IMG/VR virus record: IMGVR_UViG_3300036791_001038
Coordinates: 13,233 to 77,232 of that record
Strand: one strand, 5' to 3'
Source: a virus
Length of the DNA stretch: 64,000 bases
The translations under genes and the position numbers were made by a program. The notes under the pieces were generated by a model. It was not told the origin of the DNA. It did no database searches and saw only the letters and a list, made by a program, of their open reading frames with translations. Positions 45,201-54,500 of the stretch are shown in pieces (positions within the stretch are counted from its first letter, which is position 1; every line of letters starts with the position of its first letter).

Positions 45201-47620
45201 TGGGGGTCTTCGCCTACTCACCCAGCATCAGATGTGAGATCGCCACGGCCTCGGGCACTGTCGATGTCTCCGAGGACATCACCCAGGGCACGGTGCAGCT
45301 TCGCGAGAACGGCCTGCACACCATGAGCCTGGGCCTGCTCAACAAGCGGCGCAAGTACGACCGGGCCTTCTCCCCCAACGACCGCTTCGTGATCTACATG
45401 AAGCGGGTGCGCGAGATGCTGGTCATGACCGGCTACCTCAACGTGGTGCCCTTCGTGACGGCCTGGCAGCGGACCATCATCATCACCGGGTCCTGCGCCA
45501 ACAAGCGGCTCCTGTACCACTACTGGGATCCCGGCACCATCGCGGCCATGGACCTCTTGATGCACAACGGAGCCATGGGGGATCCCGCCAACGGAGCCGA
45601 TGGTGGCATCTCTCAAAAGATGGAGGCAATCCTCACCCAGGTGTGTGGACTGAAGAACTCCGAGATCCACATCGGGCAGATACCACCAGCTTGGATGAAC
45701 AAGATCGCCGCCTTGTACAACGCCGTCGAAGGCCAGTTCGGCAGCTATTACGACGCTCTGGGCGGCAATAACACTCAGGGATCCACCACTGCCGCCAATG
45801 GTGTCACCACCAACTCCACCAATCCCATCAAGACCTTAGGGAAAGCCCGGAACGACGTGCCCAAGGGGGTCGAGCTTCCTACCACCCTGGGTCCGGTGAC
45901 CAGCGCGGCTCCATTGACCACCGGCATCCAGCCCGAGAAGGGCCACTTTTGGATCGCCATGCAGTGGGGCTTCCGGTTGCCCCCGGACGGCACCAAGAAC
46001 ACCCCCGGCATCGACAAGGTCAAGGTCACGGCCTGGCTGGCCAAGCGCAAGATGATCGTGGCCAACCCCAACTCCAACGCCGCCGCCATCGTCTACACCG
46101 TGGGCTGGGGACCCAAGCAGGTCAGCAAGCCCCCTCAGCCCTTGGTGTGCATGGACTCGTACCTGATGTCGTCACTGGGGCTCACTGAGGGCGACTACGT
46201 CTCGATCGCCTGGGTCGATCCCGCCCAGGAGGCGGCCCAGAAGTTCGGGATGATCTCCGGCACGGCGGCCACTACCGGAGCCGGATCGGCAACCGGTGGC
46301 GACAATGCTTACACCGGGTCGAGTACGGGACAGATCGCAGTCGTTTCCGTAGCCGGTCTCAACGCCGCTAACTACGCCACTGGCCTTTGCAATCACACGC
46401 CTCCCATCCCTTATGTCAGTGGTGGTGTCGGTCCTAACGGCTATGACTGCTCCGGTTTGACCTCACAAGCGTGGCTACATGGTGGAAAGATCGAGATCCC
46501 TCGTACCTCTGAACAACAATACACCGCTCTGCATGTCCCCAATATGACGGTGGCTCAGCTTGAGCCCGGTGATCTGATCTTTTACGAGATGCGCTCGGAT
46601 GGTCCCGGTCATGTCACCATGTGGGTCGGTAACAATCAGATGGCCGAGGCTCCCCAGACCGGCCAAAACCTCCATATCACCGATTATCGCACCGACTCAG
46701 TAGGGTTTGGACGGCCCTCGGATGCGGCGGCCAAGGCTGGTACTACCACGGTTCCTGTCGGTAGCACGGCGGCCGGAGCCACCGGGGGCACTGGCACTGC
46801 AGCCACGCAGCAGCTAATCACCGAGTGGGATTGGTTCGGTCAAGGCTATGATCCGCTCTCCGGGATATTGGCCGGGGTACGCTCTCTGATGAACGACTCT
46901 CCCATCCTGCCTTTCATCGACATGATGGCCAAGGCCTCGATGCGATCCTGGTGCGCGGCTCCCAACGGTGATTTCATCAGTTGGTTCCCGGACTATTTCG
47001 GGGTGTATCAGACGGCCGGGATCATGGATGTCACCAATGTTGAGCTACAGGACTTCACCATCGTTTGGTCCGACGAGAGCTTGTTCACCCACCAGTTCAC
47101 GGCCGGAACCTACGCCCCCAGCGTCTTCGGCTCTGCTCCGGGTGGCCCGATAGCTATCGGCAACATGGTCCAGACCATGGGCATAGCCACCGTGCAGACG
47201 CCGGATGTCCTCAAGGCCCTCCTCAATCTGAGCGAGGCCGATCTGGCCCCCAATGGATCCGGCTCGGTACTGATCAAGCAGATCCTGGACCGCTTTGGGG
47301 TACGACCCAACTTCACCCCCATGCAGACCATCGTCGGCCACCTGGCTGAGTTCTGGTATGCCCTCTACCTATTTCAGTTGAACTGGGCCAGCCAGTTCAA
47401 CACGGTCATCCCCATCACCTTCATGCCTGAGCTTTACCCCGGCATGCTGTTGCGCCTCAAGCAGTTCGGCTTCCAGTGCTACGTCACCGGGGTGACCCAC
47501 TCCTTCAACCTAACCCAGGGCGGTGGGTTCAAGACCGATGTCAACGTGATCGCCCCGTCCGCCACCGACAACTCCGGGCTCTACGGAATGGCCAAGGGAG
47601 GGTTGACCGCACTCGTATGA
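45200..47620 (+). CDS. Baseplate hub protein with an inserted NlpC/P60 peptidase
   Basis: PYVSGG...YDCSGL, PGDLIFY and GHV.M catalytic motifs; hub-like ends (PNDRF, FMPELYPGM..YVTGVTHSF). Confidence 0.85.
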   Translation: MGVFAYSPSIRCEIATASGTVDVSEDITQGTVQLRENGLHTMSLGLLNKRRKYDRAFSPNDRFVIYMKRVREMLVMTGYLNVVPFVTAWQRTIIITGSCANKRLLYHYWDPGTIAAMDLLMHNGAMGDPANGADGGISQKMEAILTQVCGLKNSEIHIGQIPPAWMNKIAALYNAVEGQFGSYYDALGGNNTQGSTTAANGVTTNSTNPIKTLGKARNDVPKGVELPTTLGPVTSAAPLTTGIQPEKGHFWIAMQWGFRLPPDGTKNTPGIDKVKVTAWLAKRKMIVANPNSNAAAIVYTVGWGPKQVSKPPQPLVCMDSYLMSSLGLTEGDYVSIAWVDPAQEAAQKFGMISGTAATTGAGSATGGDNAYTGSSTGQIAVVSVAGLNAANYATGLCNHTPPIPYVSGGVGPNGYDCSGLTSQAWLHGGKIEIPRTSEQQYTALHVPNMTVAQLEPGDLIFYEMRSDGPGHVTMWVGNNQMAEAPQTGQNLHITDYRTDSVGFGRPSDAAAKAGTTTVPVGSTAAGATGGTGTAATQQLITEWDWFGQGYDPLSGILAGVRSLMNDSPILPFIDMMAKASMRSWCAAPNGDFISWFPDYFGVYQTAGIMDVTNVELQDFTIVWSDESLFTHQFTAGTYAPSVFGSAPGGPIAIGNMVQTMGIATVQTPDVLKALLNLSEADLAPNGSGSVLIKQILDRFGVRPNFTPMQTIVGHLAEFWYALYLFQLNWASQFNTVIPITFMPELYPGMLLRLKQFGFQCYVTGVTHSFNLTQGGGFKTDVNVIAPSATDNSGLYGMAKGGLTALV

Positions 47621-48453
47621 CCTCTCCCCACTCCCGTAACCCTCAGGCCGTCGCTGTGGCCAACAGCGCCGCCCAGATCACCCGCTACTCGGTGGTCGTC
47701 ACCGCCATCGATCATTCCAGGGTCGGTCAGAACCAGACCGATCCCATGGGCATCGCCACCACCATCGACAGCTTCGGCAAGTACCGCCAGATCGGCGTGT
47801 CCACCATGGTGGGCTCGGGGGCCTACCCGCAGGTGGGCGAGCAATGGATCGTGGACCAGTCCCTGGGGGCCTGGACCTTTCTGTCGCGCCAGAACCCGGT
47901 GTTGCCGGTCCTCCTGATGGGTCCGACCATCGTGCTACCCCGCAGCCCTTCGACCCCGGCTACTCCGCCCGACGGCGGCATCCTCTACGTGGAACACGGG
48001 GATCTCTACTTCCTCGATCCCAACGGGGTCCCGAACCCTCTGACCTCCCCACCACCGAACTTCGAGTTCACGGTGCCGGGGCCGATCACTCTGGCCGCGT
48101 CGGCGGCCTGGGTGCCCTTGCCTGCGCCGGGGCTCACCGGCTCGTTCACTCTCAATCATAACTGGCTGTGTCAGATTTGTGTCTCGGCCTACATCGACAC
48201 CGTTGTCAACAACAATCAGATCAACCTGGACTTCCAGATATCGGGAGCCAACAGCATCGCACCAGGGTCACCTCCACAGAATGTGTTGCGCGTCGGTGGT
48301 AAGAGCGAGACGGCTACGACTGCTTCTCTGACCACTTTCTATTCGTTTCTAAAGGGAACTTCGACTATTACCGCCTATTACACGGCCCAGGCCGCCGGTG
48401 GTTTGGCCAGTTATTACACGATTGATGTGGTCGGTGTCGGGTTGCTGCGTTGA
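47617..48453 (+). CDS. Baseplate spike-like protein
   Basis: ATGA-coupled start at 47617; PQVGEQWIV OB-fold-type motif. Confidence 0.6.
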   Translation: MTSPHSRNPQAVAVANSAAQITRYSVVVTAIDHSRVGQNQTDPMGIATTIDSFGKYRQIGVSTMVGSGAYPQVGEQWIVDQSLGAWTFLSRQNPVLPVLLMGPTIVLPRSPSTPATPPDGGILYVEHGDLYFLDPNGVPNPLTSPPPNFEFTVPGPITLAASAAWVPLPAPGLTGSFTLNHNWLCQICVSAYIDTVVNNNQINLDFQISGANSIAPGSPPQNVLRVGGKSETATTASLTTFYSFLKGTSTITAYYTAQAAGGLASYYTIDVVGVGLLR

Positions 48454-48465
48454 GAAAGGGATGGG

Positions 48466-48897
48466 ATGTTCACCTTACAGGTTCAAAACGGTGATCTGCA
48501 GATCGGTGCGAATGGGTTTGCTTCGCTCAATGGTCCCTCGAAGGTCTACCAGGACTTGTCCCTGGCTACCCTGGAGCCCTACGGATGTGATCGATTCCAT
48601 CCGAGATGGGGCTCATTGCTGGGCAACTATATCGGTGACGCCATCACCTTGGTCGATGAGAACCTGATCATGGCCGAAGTGGCCCGACTGGTGAACAACT
48701 ACATGATGGTGCAGCAGGACAACATCTCCACCGAGGTATCCAGGGGCCTGCAAAGCCAGTACGCCAGCAATGAGGTGGTGGGCTCCATCGAAGCCATCAA
48801 TGTGACCCAGCAGGCGGACAGGCTGATGGTCTCGGTGCAGATCCTGACGGTGTCAGGACAGCAGGTGACCCTCCAGAACGAAGTGAGCCAAACCTGA
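48466..48897 (+). CDS. Baseplate wedge protein (gp25-like)
   Basis: NGDL, G..K..QDL, EP.G.DRFHP.WGS.L. Confidence 0.8.
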   Translation: MFTLQVQNGDLQIGANGFASLNGPSKVYQDLSLATLEPYGCDRFHPRWGSLLGNYIGDAITLVDENLIMAEVARLVNNYMMVQQDNISTEVSRGLQSQYASNEVVGSIEAINVTQQADRLMVSVQILTVSGQQVTLQNEVSQT

Positions 48898-49349
48898 TGC
48901 CCCTTAACACCCTTGTGTTCGTCAACGGAGTGCGCCGCCCGGAATACCGCGCCTGGCAGAGCATGAAGTATCGATGCTTGGATCCGAACGCTCGTCAGTT
49001 CCGTAACTACGGAGCTAGAGGTATCCAAATCTGTGATCAGTGGATGGTCTTCGCCAACTTCTTTGCTGACATGGGTGAACGTCCTGGGCCAGCGTACAGC
49101 ATCGACCGGTTCCCTGATCTCCATGGGGACTATGAGCCCGGTAACTGTCGATGGGCCACAATCATCGAGCAAAACAGGAACAAACGTACCAACGTTATCC
49201 TGACTTTGCATGGTGAATCGCATCCCATGTCTGAATGGGCGGAGATCACTGGAATCCATGTGGATACCATCAGGAGAAGAATCGTAGTTTACGATTGGTC
49301 TGAAGAGGAAGCTCTGACCATTCCTGCTCGACTCGGACAGAGGAGGTAG
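48897..49349 (+). mobile_element. Free-standing HNH homing endonuclease
   Basis: W.SMK.RC...YG.RGI.IC..W..F..F..DMGERP..YSIDR....G.YEPGNCRWAT..EQ.RN plus a C-terminal HTH-like part; lower GC than its neighbours. Confidence 0.85.
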
Positions 49350-49353
49350 GGCC

Positions 49354-51564
49354 ATTCCTACGCAGACCGATGTCGCCAGCCAGATCGTATCCGCCCTGGG
49401 GGTGACCATCCCCGACCTCGACACCTCGATCGGCACCCCCACCCGCAAGATCATCGACGCCGTGTCCGAGGTGATCGCAGAGGCGTATGTCGATCAGTTC
49501 TTCCTGGGCTACAACTACGACATCGCCAGCCTGACCGGGGCTTCGCTGGACGACTTCGTGAACCTGTTCGGCATGACCCGTTTCGCGGCCCGGCGCGCCA
49601 CCGGAGTGGCCACCTTCGCCGTTCCCCAGGCCGCCGTGCAATCCACCTCGGTGCCCTCGGGGACGGCCATCGCCACCAACGACAGTCCGGCCGTCATCTT
49701 CACCACCCTCATCACCGCGGTGCTACCCATCGGCGCAGTCTCCATCGACGTGCCCATCATCGCCCAGGTAGGGGGATCGGCGGGCAACGTGCCCCCCAAT
49801 GCCATCGTCAACTTCGGCACGCCCCTGAGTGGCTTCTCCAACGTGGCCAACACCAACGCCACCTTCGGGGGATCCGACGCCGAATCCGACGACGCCCTGC
49901 GGAACCGCTTCGAGAACACCGTCTTCCGCAACATGGCCGGGACCGAGCAGATGTTCCTGGGGGTGGCCCAGGAGAACCCCGCCACCGTCCGGGCCAACGT
50001 CATCGGGGCGGCCAAGACCCATCTGGAGCAGGTCCAGATCGTCAACACCAAGGGCCAATCCACCATCCAGGCGGCCCAGTACGTCTACCCCATCAACTAC
50101 GTCTTCGGGCCGGACATCGACAACCAGAACATCCTGAACCCCGGCATCAACTACACCTTCGACCCCACCACCTTCGCCATGACGGCCCCAACCTTCGCGG
50201 TCGCCAACCTGGCCCTGGTGGCCTCGGGTGGCACCTTCGCCAGCGGGGTGGCCCGGTTCTACCGCATCGCCTGGGGCAACGACTGGGGCACCACTCCGGC
50301 TTCGGCTGAGGCCACCATCACCACCAACGCCGTCAACCAGGGCATCCGGCTGACCATCCCGACCCCACCATTGATCGCGGAATGGGTCTACATCTACGGC
50401 TCTTCCACCACCAATACCGAGGTCCTGCTGGCCATCATCCCGGTCAGTCAGACCACCTGGACCGACAATGCCTCCTACACCGGCACCCAGGCTTATCCCA
50501 CCGTGAACACGGCCGGATACTCACCTACCATCACGTCCATCGATCCGGTCAACTGCCCGGATGGCATCTACGATTTTCAGTTCTCATACGTGCCGCAGGC
50601 GTCGCGCAACAACCCCGCCAATGGCATCACCAACAAGATCGACATCTATGTCCAGGGCGACGACGAGCAGCAGGCCAATGACACCGTCATCTGGTCCGGG
50701 GCCGTCACCTTCAACTCGGTGGCCAACGACCCCATGAACTTCACCAAGTACATTCACCCTGATCTCACCCGGCCTACGCCGGGCAACTACTTCCTGCCGT
50801 TGACCTTCGCCCCAGTCACGGTGCTTCCGGCCACCATCACCGTCTCCGCCATCGGCGGCACGCCGGTCAGCCAGGCTCCCTCCCAGGTGGGCTCGATCAT
50901 CTACGCCTCCGACGCCGGGACCGGCACCGAGGTGGGAGCCCTGACCTACTACCTGGGGGTCGATTACTTCCAGGTCAACAACGCCACCAATCAAGGTGGC
51001 AGCCCCCACTCGATCTCCGGCATCGAGTGGCGCTCGGTGGCCAACGGCGGCAACCCGGTGCCACCGGCCAACTCCCTGCTACCGGTGACCTACAACTACA
51101 ACGCCGTGCCACGCGAAGTGGAGACGGCCATGAACCTGTGGCGGCTGGTGACCACTGATCTGTGGGTCCACCAGGCCAAGCAGATGATGCTCAACACCAC
51201 CTTCGTGGTGGTCCTGGCCTCCGGCTACACCGCCGCCACCGTGCTGGGCCTTATCCAGACCGCGGTGCAGGGGGTCATGAGCGTGGTGGGCTTCGACGGC
51301 ATCCTGTCAGCCTCGGAGGTCCTCACGGCGGTGGGCCAGGTGGCCGGGGTACTGGCCGTGCGCTTCGCCACTCAGGCTGACGCCACCGCGGCGGGCTCGC
51401 CCAACTGGGCCATCCAGCAGGTGAACTCGGCGGCCGGGATCATCCAGACCTTCGCCTACGCCAACCGGGTCACCGACGTGTACTTCCCCGACGACACCGT
51501 CCCGGTCTTCAACGCCACCAACCTGTACGTCCGAGCCTTCAACACCTACATGGTCAACGCCTGA
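49354..51564 (+). CDS. Baseplate J-like protein (probable ATT start at 49354; ORF-track start 49402)
   Basis: PDLDTSIGTP, LDDFV..FG..R..A..ATG, G..GNV and GG.D.ESD..LR.R motifs. Confidence 0.85.
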   Translation: MPTQTDVASQIVSALGVTIPDLDTSIGTPTRKIIDAVSEVIAEAYVDQFFLGYNYDIASLTGASLDDFVNLFGMTRFAARRATGVATFAVPQAAVQSTSVPSGTAIATNDSPAVIFTTLITAVLPIGAVSIDVPIIAQVGGSAGNVPPNAIVNFGTPLSGFSNVANTNATFGGSDAESDDALRNRFENTVFRNMAGTEQMFLGVAQENPATVRANVIGAAKTHLEQVQIVNTKGQSTIQAAQYVYPINYVFGPDIDNQNILNPGINYTFDPTTFAMTAPTFAVANLALVASGGTFASGVARFYRIAWGNDWGTTPASAEATITTNAVNQGIRLTIPTPPLIAEWVYIYGSSTTNTEVLLAIIPVSQTTWTDNASYTGTQAYPTVNTAGYSPTITSIDPVNCPDGIYDFQFSYVPQASRNNPANGITNKIDIYVQGDDEQQANDTVIWSGAVTFNSVANDPMNFTKYIHPDLTRPTPGNYFLPLTFAPVTVLPATITVSAIGGTPVSQAPSQVGSIIYASDAGTGTEVGALTYYLGVDYFQVNNATNQGGSPHSISGIEWRSVANGGNPVPPANSLLPVTYNYNAVPREVETAMNLWRLVTTDLWVHQAKQMMLNTTFVVVLASGYTAATVLGLIQTAVQGVMSVVGFDGILSASEVLTAVGQVAGVLAVRFATQADATAAGSPNWAIQQVNSAAGIIQTFAYANRVTDVYFPDDTVPVFNATNLYVRAFNTYMVNA

Positions 51565-51575
51565 GAGAGGCCCTC

Positions 51576-54500
51576 ATGAGCGATCTGACGCCCCCAGGGC
51601 AGCTACAGCTACAACCGGGCACTCCGGGGTCCGCGAGCCTGCAGACGGTCACCCAGCCCCTCCTGCTGCCACTCCAGACCGATCAGCGGTTCCGGCACTT
51701 CCCACCCCAGACCTACGACCTGTCCCCGCACTCCAACCTGGTCCGGTTCCTGCGGGTGCTGCTGGGCGATGCCGGGGCCGGGCAGCTACGCAAGCGACTG
51801 GTGCTGTCCCGGCTGGGCCAGGCCCTGTCGGGGTCGTACTTCTACGACCTGGACAGCTTCTACGGGGCGCTGTTCGGCATGACTCGCGAGCCCGAAGAGC
51901 AGTTGCCCATGAACCCCTACACCGACACGGCGTCCAACAGTGATTGGCGCGACGCGGCGGCGCTCGATGCCAGTTACCGCCAGCGGCTGTTCCAGTTCGG
52001 TCGAGCCATCGCCTACGGCCCCACCCCGGTGGGCATGCGGTTGATCGCAGAGGCCATCCTGTCGGTGAACTGCGACATCTACGAGAGCTTCGTCTACGCC
52101 GCCAACACGGCCATGACCTACCTGCAGTTTCAGTCCATGATCTATGGGCCAGCCAATCCCAATCCTCCACCACCTTCATTAGAGAACTACACCTACGCCC
52201 AGCTTGAGGGTTACACCGGTAATACTCCCAATGCGTTGCTGATGAAGCAGTTCATCATCTCGCCGCATCGGCCGGTCACCCAGGCGGAGATGTACAACGT
52301 GCTACAGGTGATCGAGCAACTGAAGCCCGCCGATGCTATCGCCCAGGTGATCGGTCAGAGTCCGCAGGTGTACAATCCGGTGGCGGTGGCCGGGGTATGG
52401 GCTGACTCGAACTACTGGGAGATCGAGCCTGCCGTCACGGTCACCTCGACGGGCGCGGCCGCCCCCTATGGAGCAGTCGCGCCGGGGACGGTGCTGGAGC
52501 CCTCGGTGCCGCCGTTCAACAGCTACCAGGGTGAGCAGTGGTTCTACAACAAGGATATCTCCGGGGCCTTGTCGTACCTCCAGGACTTCTCGCAGAACGT
52601 GCTGGCCAACACCGACACCCAGCGCATCGTCTGGTCGGATGGGACCTACACCGACTACCTGCCCACCAATGCCCCGCTGCCGTGGTGGATGGCGCTGCTC
52701 GGGCGCTACTCCCAGGATGGGGTCATGGCCATCAACGCCCTCTCCGGGCGGGGCACCGTCAACTCGCCAGTCAGCCTGTCCGAACTCACCTTCGACGGCC
52801 TCGACGTGGACGCCCTATTGTCCGCCCTGGGCCAGCAGAACATCAACAACCTGCAGCTATCCAGTGACTCCCTGAGCTTCTGGGCCACCGATGCTCGTCC
52901 TCAGGACAATGATGACCGCGAGATCCTGGAGATCCGCTTCGGCTCCTCTCACAACATCAATGCCGTCTCTCTTGATGTGGCTCATTTCCCTCAGCATGTC
53001 TCGGTCCAATACTTCGATAGTCCAAGCGGAGCCTGGATCTCGATGCTGGAGCATGACATCATTGATTCCGTTCCAACAGTGCTGGTAAATAACGAGGACT
53101 ATCTCTTCGCCAAGACTCATCCCCAGCACTACGGGCCGGATCACTGGTTCAATCTGGCCACCAAGATCCTGCCGGTGAACACCCAGCGCATCCGGGTGGT
53201 GCTGCAGAGAAGAGACGGTCGCGGGCCGGTCTACAGCTACAACACCACCCAACCGGCGGCTAACGGAGGCTGGGTCACCCGTCAGATACCGGTGCCGTAC
53301 TCCCTGGCCGTGCGCCGATTCAAGGCAGGCTTCTCCATCGAGGGAACCGACGACCTGCCTATCCCCCACCTGCCCGCCACCCAGGTCATCGGGGTGGGCT
53401 CGGACATCATCGGCAGCCCCATCAGCTACTCGCTGTACATGGAGGAACCGGCCAACGCCATCAAGACCAATCCGGTGCAGTGGCGCTGCGCGCCTCAGCC
53501 GCTGGCCTCGGCCGTGGTCAACTTCTACCTGGACGTGCGGACCAACACTGGAGCCGCTCAAGTTGTGGATCGGTTCTACATCGACCCCACCCATCTCGGG
53601 GTCCACGCCACCCTGTACTGGTCCAACAGCACCCCCACCGCGGCGCAGCGCCACGTTGCCCAGGACACTCCGTTGCTCTACCCGGCCAGCAACATCGTCG
53701 GCAACGTGGCCCATGTCCCCACCGGACTGCAGTTCCCCATCGGGACCGGGACCAACGGCTATGTCGATGTGCCCAACTGGGCACTGCAATGGGATCCGGT
53801 TCAAGACTGGTGGGCTGGACTGGCCTTCCTGGCCAACCTGGCTCCCACCACCGGGGTGCTACCCCTCATCGACCTGCTGGGCATTCAGGTGTCCTACGCC
53901 AACGGGGCCTTCTGGATCGCCCCCAATGACGGCAGTCCTCCCATCTCCCTGGCCGTCGCCTTGCCTCTGGGAGCCATGATCCACCTGCTGGTCGGTTACA
54001 CGGCAACCCAGGGCTGGACCATCGCCTATCGCATCGAGACCAACGACCCGGTCATCCACGTTGTCAATCAGGTGCGCGGTTCGGCTCTAGGCCAGATCGA
54101 TACCGGCAACACCTCGGCTCAGTGGCATGTGCAGACGGGTACTGGCTTCGGTTCGAGCAGTGTCCAGGGCAACCCCGGCCCCAGCTATGTGGTCCCGGCC
54201 CACACCGTGGTGTCGCGCAGCGTCGGCCCCCAGACCACCTACGCCTACGACGTGTGGATCCCGACCGGTGGGCTGGCTAACTTCTACTTCGGTTGCAACG
54301 TCTCCGGTCAGGGCTACATGGCCCGCGTCGATACCCGTGGGACGGCCTCGGGGATCGCCACCACCACCTCCTGGACCTCTTGGGGGGCACCCATCGGCAT
54401 CACCGGTATCACCGCCAACGTTTGGCATCATGTGGTCATCACTGTCAACGGGACCACCTCGGTGATCATGACCATCGATGGGGTGGTGGCCTATAGTGGG

